NCBI GenBank assembly: GCA_035496735.1
Contig: DATJEI010000135.1
Location: 4,735 to 68,734, forward strand
DNA from: Bryobacteraceae bacterium
Lineage (GTDB): Bacteria > Acidobacteriota > Terriglobia > Bryobacterales > Bryobacteraceae
DNA: 64,000 nucleotides
Direction of reading: 5' to 3'
This document shows, piece after piece, positions 46,913 to 55,716 of this stretch. Position 1 is the stretch's first letter. The number at the start of each line of letters is the position of its first letter. Position numbers and translations under genes: made by a program. Below the pieces are notes generated by a model, which made no database searches, was not told where the DNA came from, and worked only from the letters and a program-made list of their open reading frames with translations.

Positions 46913-47362
46913 TTGTTAGGCTTTAGGATCGACATGACCAAAGGACAACGGAATTTGTTGGGTCGCCGCCTTCGAGCCGCCATTAAATACCAGCCAGAGA
47001 TTAAGCTGCTTCGTGGGTTGCTGCTTGAGTTGGGCGGCGTGGAGTTAGTTGCCGCGAGTGGGTTTGATCCCGATGCGCCTCTCCTTATTCGCTTCGGCTT
47101 TGCCATGTCGGGGTCCGTGGAAAAGAAAGTCATGGAACGCAGCGCATGCCATAAAAATATAGCGGCGCTTTGGATAGCAAAACAAAGCAGACTATTGGCA
47201 ATAGGTACCGGGTATGCTCTCAGCGATGATGGCCTCTGGCGTCAGCATTCGTGGGGCATTCGGCGAAATGGTATTCTCGAAACCACTGAAAGTCGCGTTA
47301 AATACTTCGGGAGGGCTCTTAAAGGACGAGAGGCGGATTCTTTTGCCGCGTTCAACATTTAG
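46913..47362 (+). CDS. hypothetical protein inside the McrBC islet
   Basis: 149 aa (or 142 aa from ATG 46934). I recognise no motif. It is convergent with mcrC, with a 16-nt gap. Confidence 0.5.
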   Translation: MLGFRIDMTKGQRNLLGRRLRAAIKYQPEIKLLRGLLLELGGVELVAASGFDPDAPLLIRFGFAMSGSVEKKVMERSACHKNIAALWIAKQSRLLAIGTGYALSDDGLWRQHSWGIRRNGILETTESRVKYFGRALKGREADSFAAFNI

Positions 47363-47378
47363 GGTGGTTGGAATGGTA

Positions 47379-48851
47379 TCACCGGAGTTCCGCTCGCAGC
47401 TCATGAGACAAGGCTCCCACGATATGTTCCACCGCGGTCGCCATGGGTAGCGCAGTAAGCCATAAATGCAGCGACCGTGAGCCAACCACCAACTCCGCCC
47501 GGTGGATCAGTCGGCCACGCGCTCGCAATGAATCCCAGTTCTGCGGTGAACAGGGATAAACGAGGCACGCGATCACCTTTGACGTTCGCGCCAAATTCAC
47601 GTATGCCAGGACCTGCAGTAAGTCATTACGGTGCTGCTCGCGGAGTTCCTCTTCCGCGTTCGACCAAGAGCCCTGTAGTTCTTCCCAGTGGCGTTTGTAT
47701 TTCGCGTCCACAATAAGCGTTGTAGAGTCGAATTCCACCCAGACGTCTGGCACAAGGGATTTTTGCGAGCCCAGATAGGGTGGTTCCCAGCTTATGGGAT
47801 GGGTAGTCTCGCGCTTTCTGCCGACCTTCATTTGTCCGCCCGTTCGTTGCGCCACCACGCGAAATATAGTTTCGATCCACGCCTCGAAGAACTGATCCAT
47901 CGGCAGCTTCCACGGTATGCCTTCGCGATCACTCAACCCGGCCAAACCTCGCTCCTCGATTGTCCACTCGATGGCCTGCAGGCCGTTGACGAATCGTTCG
48001 GTCCGAAACGGCCGTTGCATCCAGTTTCCTAATGTTATTGATGATGGTACGTACACTGGAACCGACTGAACGCGATGCAATAATTGATCCCCGAACTCGA
48101 TTAGTCTGTGAACAAAGGCCCCGTGTTCCTTCTGCGTTTCCAACGCACGCAACTGACGCTCCACGGCATGCCGAACCGCGCCTTTGAGAAATCGATTGTC
48201 CAGGAGATCTGGAAATGTGCAGGGGATGGACAATAGACTGGCGGTGGGTATGCTTCCAGTCGCGTACTTGGCCCAATTTACGGTTCCGCGCGGCGCGCGG
48301 CGCGTTTCGGTGGTTAGTTCAAACCGCCGATCGAGAGTATCGAGCAGCGCTTTCAGTCTTGCCAGAATCATGAAAGACAGTACCCACGCGGGCACACGAC
48401 GTTCCGAGCGGAGCAGTAGAGGCAGCCGAAGCGGCGATGGGCTTACTCGCCAACCCATCTCTGCCAGCATCGGGCCAATGCCCGCCCAGGAAAAGCGAGG
48501 TTGCACGACGAGCCCGTAGTCTGGCCGAGCTGTAGTCGGAGAGATCAGCGGCATTGCACCGACCGCATTCCCGGACTGAATGACGAGCCGTACGTCTCGA
48601 CCGTCATAATCTCGCTCGACTCGAACGTCAAGTAAAGCCATCAGGGACCGGTTCTGAGTGATGAACTGCTCCGCCAACCTTGCTGCTCTAGCGGCCACCG
48701 TTTGCGGATCGCCAAGCTTACGCAGTTGAAAGAAATCGATTGCGGATGGACGGATAGTCGAGTGATCTTCCAGTTCAAGACAGACTTCATTTGAGTGGGC
48801 TGGCGCCAATAGCGGCGTGGTCCTACGGTGGCGCTGCAAGCGGGAGCGCAT
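47379..48851 (-). CDS. mcrC: McrC-like endonuclease subunit of a type IV restriction system
   Basis: C-terminal PD-(D/E)xK-like motif (LVPDVWVEF...LIVDAKYK). The start ATG shares one nt with the mcrB stop (TGATG). 490 aa. Confidence 0.8.
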   Translation of the reverse strand: MRSRLQRHRRTTPLLAPAHSNEVCLELEDHSTIRPSAIDFFQLRKLGDPQTVAARAARLAEQFITQNRSLMALLDVRVERDYDGRDVRLVIQSGNAVGAMPLISPTTARPDYGLVVQPRFSWAGIGPMLAEMGWRVSPSPLRLPLLLRSERRVPAWVLSFMILARLKALLDTLDRRFELTTETRRAPRGTVNWAKYATGSIPTASLLSIPCTFPDLLDNRFLKGAVRHAVERQLRALETQKEHGAFVHRLIEFGDQLLHRVQSVPVYVPSSITLGNWMQRPFRTERFVNGLQAIEWTIEERGLAGLSDREGIPWKLPMDQFFEAWIETIFRVVAQRTGGQMKVGRKRETTHPISWEPPYLGSQKSLVPDVWVEFDSTTLIVDAKYKRHWEELQGSWSNAEEELREQHRNDLLQVLAYVNLARTSKVIACLVYPCSPQNWDSLRARGRLIHRAELVVGSRSLHLWLTALPMATAVEHIVGALSHELRAELR

Positions 48852-50323
48852 CAGAGGCTTTTCAGTTTCTGCAAATAGGCTCGGATCGGTTCGGCGAACC
48901 CGCTAACGTAGCCTTGAGCTAGATATTCCTCAAGCAATGGAGCAAGATTTACCTGGAGGATCTGTTTCGCGCGAGATTCCTCAGGCTCGAGAAAATACGA
49001 GTGTCCCGGCACCAAAGGAAACGCGTCATCGGCCGCGTGCTCGATAAAGATGTTGACCAGGCCTTTAAAGGCGTCTTGCATAGTCGCACATCCGAACTGT
49101 TCGACCACGCTCATTCGGGGCCAAAGCGACACGAACGCGAAGCGTCGTCGAACCGCGACATCAACGATAGCGATGCTGCGGTCTGCGCTATTCATGGTGC
49201 CTAAAATATGCAGGTTCTTTGGCAAGAAAAATATCCGATGAAACGGTTCGCCGAAGTCATATGGGAGGTTGATTCTTCGATCCGAGCCGGATGTTGCTTC
49301 CAGCAAAAAAATTGCTTCGCCGAGAATCTTTCCCAGATCCGCGCGATTAATCTCATCGATGTGGAGGAGATAGTCATGTGACGGATCTTCGCATGCATCT
49401 ACGGCGACCTCCATTAGCGAACCGGGAGTTGGAGCAAAACTAAACCCCACGCCCCCCGTGGTACTCGCCGGGGCAAGACCGCCTATGAAGTTCTCGTAGG
49501 TAGTGTTCGGATGAAACTGGATCGTGCGCCCACGTCCTTGATATTTTTCTCGCAGGAGATCGGTGGCCATCATCGTCTTACCAGTTCCCGGCGGCCCTTG
49601 GATGATGACGTATCGTCTAGCGGCAAGAAGTTCGGCAACACGCGTCAGATCTACACCCGGCATCAGATGTTCGAACCAGCTATTTCGAATTGACTCAAAG
49701 TCATTCTGACTACTGGTCAATGGCTGATAGCCTCGCTCTTCGAAAAGAAGATCTAGGAAAGCGGTCACCGCCGCTTCCGTCGCTGCGCGATTGGCGGTTG
49801 GGCAGTAGAGCGCGTATATCTCACCGCCGTAGCGATCGAAAACGGTCTTGTAGGCAGGCCATTCCTGTCTTACTTCTTCCGGCACGGGGATGTCGTTCCG
49901 AGTTGGGTCCTGTTTTGCCCAAGCCACTCTTTTTCCGTTTCCATACGCTTGATTTAGCCATGAGCAGATCGCTTGAGCTTTACGAGAATGACCGGGTCTA
50001 CCAAGAATCGCTTCGTCGGGAGTTAATCCGGCTGTTCCAATCACCAAGCCAACGAGGCATTGCTGGTTCGCTATCGGGAAGATCACGAACGACAATCCGC
50101 TATAGGCTCCAGAAGAGGGATTCGACGGATGGATATAGGCTGCGAATGGAACGCCGGTGTCCGCATTCATTTCGGGCGCTCTGAGCGTTACTGCCTTTTC
50201 CGCTGCCTTCGGATAACGCCCGCCTGGGCTACCAAAGAGCGATTCGAAGGCGATTTTATTTGTGGCGGCCCAAGAATCGTGAGTCGTAGCATGGACGATA
50301 TCGAACAATGGCGAAATATTCAT
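48851..50323 (-). CDS. mcrB: McrB-like AAA+ GTPase subunit of a type IV restriction system
   Basis: Walker A GPPGTGKT, FHPNTTYENFIGG, HIDEINRA and GTMNSADRS signatures. The N-terminal roughly 230 aa form a separate, possibly DUF3578/MrcB_N-like domain. Confidence 0.9.
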   Translation of the reverse strand: MNISPLFDIVHATTHDSWAATNKIAFESLFGSPGGRYPKAAEKAVTLRAPEMNADTGVPFAAYIHPSNPSSGAYSGLSFVIFPIANQQCLVGLVIGTAGLTPDEAILGRPGHSRKAQAICSWLNQAYGNGKRVAWAKQDPTRNDIPVPEEVRQEWPAYKTVFDRYGGEIYALYCPTANRAATEAAVTAFLDLLFEERGYQPLTSSQNDFESIRNSWFEHLMPGVDLTRVAELLAARRYVIIQGPPGTGKTMMATDLLREKYQGRGRTIQFHPNTTYENFIGGLAPASTTGGVGFSFAPTPGSLMEVAVDACEDPSHDYLLHIDEINRADLGKILGEAIFLLEATSGSDRRINLPYDFGEPFHRIFFLPKNLHILGTMNSADRSIAIVDVAVRRRFAFVSLWPRMSVVEQFGCATMQDAFKGLVNIFIEHAADDAFPLVPGHSYFLEPEESRAKQILQVNLAPLLEEYLAQGYVSGFAEPIRAYLQKLKSL

Positions 50324-50411
50324 TCGGCTCCAGTCGAGTTAGTTTCAATCTCGGACTTCATTATTTCATTCCTCCCTATGGAGCGCGAGAGAGCTCGAAG
50401 AAATGCCGAAT

Positions 50412-50524
50412 AGCAAGCGGGGGCAGCCGACTTCCGCAGGCTCGTGGCGCGAGCGATGCTCGACGACTTATTTTGCGCTGGCGGCGGTCCAGTAGGCGGG
50501 CAAGTTAGGCTTGGTCTCGCGGAC
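50412..50524. repeat. direct repeat, right copy (the functional 3' end of gene 50468-51787 plus its downstream region)
   Basis: See the left copy. The 64-nt identical core is 50461-50524 and includes the TAA stop at 50468-50470. Confidence 0.9.
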
Positions 50525-51787
50525 GATTTCGAGAATCGCGCGCCGGTCCTCGGCGGACAGATTCTTCAGCGAGAGGCCGCCTACGGATGCGCTCGAGTCC
50601 TGGCCGGTGAGGATCTCATAAAGGCGCCGGTAGATGCGGTCGCGCACCAGGCCGGGCAGGCCGTCGAAGGCCGGGCTGTAGATCATGTAGGAAAGCGGAT
50701 AGCGGAACAGGCGCGTCTGCAGATCGAAATCGCGCAACGAGCGGCCTTGTTTATCGCGCGGACCGCGCTGCTGGAAGGTTTTGGAAAACCCGGAAACGCC
50801 GGCCACCGGCTGGCGCAACGGCGCTTCGTCGCCGAATAACATATTCGCCACCAATTCGTCGATTTCGGCGTTGAGCTGCGCACCTTGCGTAACGAGCGCG
50901 CCGTCGTGCTGCGCGATGCGTGCATCCCAGCCAATGCGGATCAGCAGATTGGTCATGCGGGTCTGATGCTCCAGCACCAGCAACGCGACCAGATCGCTGG
51001 TGGGAACCAGATAACGCGAGGTGTCGAACCAGGGGCTGAGATCGGTGACGTTCTGCGTGCCTTCGAGCGAAGCGGGGCCGGGATGGATGGGATCGGCCAG
51101 CGCGCGGTTGTTGCCTAAATGGGTTTGCGCACCGTGGGTGCCGGTGACGTACCAGCCGCCCCAACGTTGGTTGAAAGGAGTGCGATGATCCGTCATCATG
51201 GCATTGCCATGTTCCTGGCCGGGGCCAGCGGAGGGATGGACTGAACTGATCAGGAGTCCGGGGACGGCCAGGGTGACGGGACCCTGATGGCAGCGGAGGC
51301 AATCGTCGCGGCGGGCGATCACGGGTTGCGGAGAGCGGGCGGGGTCCAGGCTGTAGAGGATCACGCCTTGCCGCGGATCGAGCGAGGTCAGCTCCAGCAC
51401 TTCGCCATTTTGAACATAGCCGATGCTCGAATCGTCGTTGAAATAAATTGCGCGCGGCGTGCGCGGGGAGATGCGTTCCACCTGAATGCTGGTGCGGGAG
51501 AAAACCAATACCTGCGAGTCGGCGGGAATGCCAAGTTCTTTGAGCAGAGCGGGCAGATAACCCCAGCCGTTGGGCGCATAGTCGAGCTTAAGCTGTCCCG
51601 CGGCAACGCGCTTCGCGAGACGGCCCACAGGATCCGTGGTCGCACCGGCGTAGAGGATGGCGGGGTGATCCAGCGGGATGAAGATGGTGTCTTCGAGGCG
51701 CTCCGCCAGCAGCGCAGCCGCGACAAGAAGAACCGCGCCCGCGGCAAGAAGCGGAAGGCGCGCGCGCGGACCCATAACCAGCCCCAT
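50468..51787 (-). CDS. secreted/membrane-anchored hypothetical protein with a single CxxCH motif
   Basis: Start set at MGLVMGPRARLPLLAAGAVLLVAAALL (ATG 51787), which avoids overlap with the upstream gene. Contains CLRCH. I recognise no family. Confidence 0.7.
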   Translation of the reverse strand: MGLVMGPRARLPLLAAGAVLLVAAALLAERLEDTIFIPLDHPAILYAGATTDPVGRLAKRVAAGQLKLDYAPNGWGYLPALLKELGIPADSQVLVFSRTSIQVERISPRTPRAIYFNDDSSIGYVQNGEVLELTSLDPRQGVILYSLDPARSPQPVIARRDDCLRCHQGPVTLAVPGLLISSVHPSAGPGQEHGNAMMTDHRTPFNQRWGGWYVTGTHGAQTHLGNNRALADPIHPGPASLEGTQNVTDLSPWFDTSRYLVPTSDLVALLVLEHQTRMTNLLIRIGWDARIAQHDGALVTQGAQLNAEIDELVANMLFGDEAPLRQPVAGVSGFSKTFQQRGPRDKQGRSLRDFDLQTRLFRYPLSYMIYSPAFDGLPGLVRDRIYRRLYEILTGQDSSASVGGLSLKNLSAEDRRAILEIVRETKPNLPAYWTAASAK

Positions 51788-51843
51788 AGTTCCCAATATA
51801 AGGCAGACCGGCCGCCCGGACAGCGGAGCTTCGCCCTGAAAAG

Positions 51844-53097
51844 CTACGACGGGTGCCCTTCCGGCATTGCGCTGGGCGCGAGTCTTTGCGCCGCCAGCAT
51901 CACGGCGTACACCGCGGGAGTGAGAAAGATCCAGCCCAGCGGATAGGTATAGCGCGCGTCCACCTGAATGAAATAGTAAACCAGCGGATACGTCAGAAGA
52001 ATCAGCCAGGTCAGGCGGGTTCCCGAGTTTGCGGGCAGGAGGCACAATCCCAGCAGGCCGAGCAGCGTGATGGCGGTAGACGCCGCGGTGGTCTTGAAGC
52101 GGCGGCTGGGCGCGAGCCAGAAGCGCCAGAAACGTTCGCCGGTCAAGCGCAGGAAACGCGCCGGGTCGCGGCGGATTTCCGCGCGCGCATCGGCCATCGC
52201 GGAGCGCGTGTAAGCCATCTCGCCCTCCGCCGCCACCTTGCGCGCTTCCTCCTCATTGAGCCCGGGATGGAAGCGGCGCATGACGCCGTGCGAAACGTTG
52301 TCTTCCATCAGCGCGAAGCTTTCAGGCCGGTTGGAGACTCGCAGCTCGAGTCCGAAATTCGAGCGGGTGGGCACGAAGGCGTGGAACTCCATCCAATTCC
52401 GGATCGCCCACGGCGCTTGTATCGCGGCGAAAGCGGCCACCAGCGGCACCAGCCCCGCGTGACGGCGCAAAGCGAAGAACTCGTATCCGATGACGGCGGC
52501 GAACACAAAGCCCAGTATCGGCGAGAAGAGCGAGGCCAGGCCCCACCACAAACCGCGAGCGAGGGGGGAGATAGCTTCTACCGGCGATGACCACGCTTTC
52601 CAGGTGTAGAGAAAAAGCAGAACCAGGGCCAGCGCCACGTAGGGCTGATCGACGGAATCACGAGAACCCTCGACGTATCCTTTGTAGGGCGCGAGAGCGG
52701 CCAGCAAGCCGGCCACGGCGCCGGTGAAGCGCGGCAATCCCAAAGCGGTGCTGACTCGCGGCAAGAGGGCGTATTGAATGGAGGCGACGATCGCGGAGGC
52801 CATGCGGCTCACGGTCTCGCCTGCGGCGCCCACGCCGAATAGTAGAAAAATTAGTCCAAGTACAAGGGGATACCCGGGCGCGGTGTGCGCAGTGGGGCCG
52901 GTCGGCAGCAGATACGGATCGGCAAAAATTCCGTGCACCGCGAGGGATCTTGCGATGTTCTCCATCTCGGAAAGATGGGTACCCGGCGGGCGCGGCGCGG
53001 CTAGCACCTTCACGATTCGAATCAGAGACGAAACCGCAAAAATGAGCCAGAAAGAATGCCGCTCAAACCGGTCCTTCAGTGGCAAGGGTGCGATCAA
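51844..53097 (-). CDS. polytopic membrane protein; GT-C fold (ArnT/PMT-like) glycosyltransferase suspected
   Basis: 417 aa with more than 8 hydrophobic segments. The first loop SEMENIARSLAVHG resembles the acidic loop motif of GT39/GT83 enzymes. Confidence 0.55.
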   Translation of the reverse strand: MIAPLPLKDRFERHSFWLIFAVSSLIRIVKVLAAPRPPGTHLSEMENIARSLAVHGIFADPYLLPTGPTAHTAPGYPLVLGLIFLLFGVGAAGETVSRMASAIVASIQYALLPRVSTALGLPRFTGAVAGLLAALAPYKGYVEGSRDSVDQPYVALALVLLFLYTWKAWSSPVEAISPLARGLWWGLASLFSPILGFVFAAVIGYEFFALRRHAGLVPLVAAFAAIQAPWAIRNWMEFHAFVPTRSNFGLELRVSNRPESFALMEDNVSHGVMRRFHPGLNEEEARKVAAEGEMAYTRSAMADARAEIRRDPARFLRLTGERFWRFWLAPSRRFKTTAASTAITLLGLLGLCLLPANSGTRLTWLILLTYPLVYYFIQVDARYTYPLGWIFLTPAVYAVMLAAQRLAPSAMPEGHPS

Positions 53098-53501
53098 TAT
53101 AGCATATAGCGGCTTGAAGAAAGAGTGCGAACTTCAGATCGCGGGCGGCAACGGGCGTTGACATCATTCTTCTTTCTAATAAAGCAGTACTGGGCGTTCT
53201 AAGCCAGTACTCGGCGCCTTGAACGGTGATCGAACCGGCCTCAATATACGTCAGAGACAGCGCCTTAGTCCTGCCATTTAAGAGGGGATAGATGTGGTCC
53301 CGAAATTGCTTTTGCCCGTCGTTCAAAATTCAACTTTGCCTCACTTAGCTGGAGCTTAAGGAAAGGGTTACCGGGTTACAGCCCGTAAGATTTTCCTGCA
53401 GGTCACAAACCTACCGCTCCGGTTCTGCAAGAGAGTAGAGATCTTAACTTATGGGACTGCACTAGTCTACTGAGTTTTGGACCTAAGGCCGATTTCTATG
53501 T

Positions 53502-55685
53502 ATGGCAAGCTGGGGAGTCTATTTGAACTCATTTTTTGGCAATCTACCCTCGGCGAAGGTTTGCTTCGCAAGAGTGCTCCGATGGAACAGCTTGCTGGTA
53601 TTGACCGCGAACCAGATCTTTGGTCAGCAGGTGGCGGTATCGCTCAGCTCCGCAATCACCACTCCCGGCTCAGGCGCTGCGCTCACGGTAACGACATCGA
53701 GCAGCGGAGGCGTCCAACCGGCAGTGCTTCGCTGGAGCATGCAATATCCTGCGGACGTGACCGCTGTCGAAGTGACCCCAGGGCCGGCTGCCTTCAACGC
53801 CGGCAAGACGATCACGTGTTCCTACGGAATTTCTGCCGCCACATGTCTAGCTTGGGGGGAGAACCAAACGGCCATCCCGGATGGCACCGTCGCGACCGCC
53901 ACTTTCCAAGTCTCCGGAGCGAGCAGGAACAGCAGCATCGCGATCATCAATAGTCCCGGAAGCGCTTCCGATGGGGACGGAAATTCACTTCCTGTCACCA
54001 GCGCCGGAGGTATGATCAGCCTGATTCTCCCGCCTGCGATAAGCTGCGCGCCCAGTAGCGGTCCGCGATTCTTGAACCAATACTACTCCGCGCAATGCTC
54101 GGTAACCCAAGGAGCACCTCCCTACAATTGGATGATCAGTTCCGGCGCGTTACCTCCCGGATTGAGTCTCACCAGCCAAGGAGCTTCCGCGCTGATCACC
54201 GGGACACCGACCGTGGCCGGAGTTTATCGCTACACAGTTTCTGTCGCGGACAGTAATTCGCCGATAGCCGGAAGTGCTACGCTCGCCTACTCCGTTACCA
54301 TCCAATCGAGTGCGCCGAAGCTTGGCTTGCTTGGCTCCATGGCTCACTTAGTTTCGAGCCAGGACTGGACGACAACGTTCACCCTGGTCAATACCAGCTC
54401 GGGCGATGCCCAGACCGAGCTCAATCTTTTTGACAATGACGGGAATCCGTTGCCGATTCCGCTCGCCTTGCCCCAGCAAGGCGCCACCGAAAGCCTGGTC
54501 ACCACGCCGTCGTTCGATTGGACGCTAGCGTCGAACGCTTCGCTGATCGTGCAGACGGACACCCCTGCAAACGTGCCGCTCCAAACCGGCTCGGCGCAAT
54601 TGGCTGGTACCGGCGGCGTGGGAGGATTTGCGATCTTCCACTTGAATTCCACCGCCCAAGAGGCGGTAGTACCTTTAGAAACCAGAAATGCGAGTTCATA
54701 TCTGCTGGCTTTCGATAACACCAGTGGCGCCGGGCTGGGCGTGGCGCTGGCCAACATCAGCGCGCAAGCGGCGAACCTTGCGGTGGTGGTCCGTGACGAT
54801 AACGGCGTTCAGATTGCCTCCGGATCCCTCGCTGTGCCAGCGAGCGGCCACAGCGCGTTCGTATTGTCCGAATTGTTCCCGGCCACAGCGGGGCTGCGCG
54901 GAACCGTCGAATTCGATACTCCAGCAGGCGGACAAATCAGCGTGGTGGGAGTGCGCACGACGCCTCCGGGGACTCTGACGACCGTTCCTGCTTTGGCTGA
55001 CGTTGGTACCGGCGGCGGAGCGTTCCCGCATATCGCCATCGCAAATGGATGGAAGACCAGCTTCGTACTGGTCAATACGGGTGTCGGCGCCGCGCAAGCC
55101 CGCCTCAACTTCTTTGACGATGCTGGCAATCCGCTGATCTTGCCACTTTCATCCCCGCAGTCCGGCGGCGGTGTTTTCACGACGGCTTCGTCGGTCGACC
55201 GCACCCTGAATGCCGGCGCAACATTAGTGGTCGAGAGCACCGGACCGGATACGAGCCCGCTGCAGATCGGATGGGCGCAACTCACCACTGATGGCAACAT
55301 CTCGGGCTTTGCGATTTTCCGTTATGAGCCCACCGGGCAGGAAGCGGTGGTGCCGCTGGAAAGCCGCAACGCAAGCTCCTATCTACTTGCGTTCGACAAT
55401 ACCGGCGGGACCGCCACGGGCGTAGCGGTGAGTAGCAATTCCCAGCAGGCGGTAAGTGTGCCGGTAGTGATGCGCGACGACTCCGGCGCGCAAATCGGAA
55501 GCGGAGCAATCCCGCTGGCAGCCCATGGCCACAGTGCGTTTGTACTCGGAAGCCAATTTCCGCTGACCGAGGGCATCCGCGGCACGCTGGAGTTCGTTGC
55601 GCCAGCCGGCGGACAAATCGGCGTTTTGGGAATCCGCACTCCTCCCGCGAACACGTTTACAACTCTGCCTGCTCTTACGCGATAG
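53502..55685 (+). CDS. large secreted protein: cohesin-like N-terminal module, putative-Ig (He_PIG-like) module, and a duplicated module of about 220 aa
   Basis: Internal duplication: nt 54339-55022 versus 55023-55682 (e.g. GFAIFHLNSTAQEAVVPLETRNASSYLLAFDNTSG versus GFAIFRYEPTGQEAVVPLESRNASSYLLAFDNTGG). An alternative GTG start at 53574 gives a cleaner signal peptide. Confidence 0.8.
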   Translation: MASWGVYLNSFFGNLPSAKVCFARVLRWNSLLVLTANQIFGQQVAVSLSSAITTPGSGAALTVTTSSSGGVQPAVLRWSMQYPADVTAVEVTPGPAAFNAGKTITCSYGISAATCLAWGENQTAIPDGTVATATFQVSGASRNSSIAIINSPGSASDGDGNSLPVTSAGGMISLILPPAISCAPSSGPRFLNQYYSAQCSVTQGAPPYNWMISSGALPPGLSLTSQGASALITGTPTVAGVYRYTVSVADSNSPIAGSATLAYSVTIQSSAPKLGLLGSMAHLVSSQDWTTTFTLVNTSSGDAQTELNLFDNDGNPLPIPLALPQQGATESLVTTPSFDWTLASNASLIVQTDTPANVPLQTGSAQLAGTGGVGGFAIFHLNSTAQEAVVPLETRNASSYLLAFDNTSGAGLGVALANISAQAANLAVVVRDDNGVQIASGSLAVPASGHSAFVLSELFPATAGLRGTVEFDTPAGGQISVVGVRTTPPGTLTTVPALADVGTGGGAFPHIAIANGWKTSFVLVNTGVGAAQARLNFFDDAGNPLILPLSSPQSGGGVFTTASSVDRTLNAGATLVVESTGPDTSPLQIGWAQLTTDGNISGFAIFRYEPTGQEAVVPLESRNASSYLLAFDNTGGTATGVAVSSNSQQAVSVPVVMRDDSGAQIGSGAIPLAAHGHSAFVLGSQFPLTEGIRGTLEFVAPAGGQIGVLGIRTPPANTFTTLPALTR

Positions 55686-55716
55686 CGGACCGGAACGTGA
55701 TCTGCTTAGACCACCG

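Larger units (their letters stand above)
46899..50411. mobile_element. about 3.5 kb low-GC genomic islet carrying McrBC plus one unknown gene; no recombinase gene
   Basis: It is bounded by the 113-118 bp direct repeats. Hand-counted G+C is 29/60 (47161-47220) and 24/60 (49201-49260), versus 37/60 (45001-45060) in the flank. Confidence 0.55.

Noticed and set aside
46653-50524. Search for an integrase, transposase, tRNA or inverted terminal repeats that would explain the McrBC islet
   Set aside because: None was found on either strand. The small ORF 46879-47133 (minus strand) is a shadow ORF crossing the left repeat. The mobility mechanism is therefore left open.
51788-52045. N-terminal extension of the tracked 525-aa ORF (50468-52045)
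   Set aside because: The extension overlaps the 3' end of the upstream GT-C-like gene and is Gly/Arg/Ala-rich. A start at 51787 gives a normal hydrophobic N-terminus.
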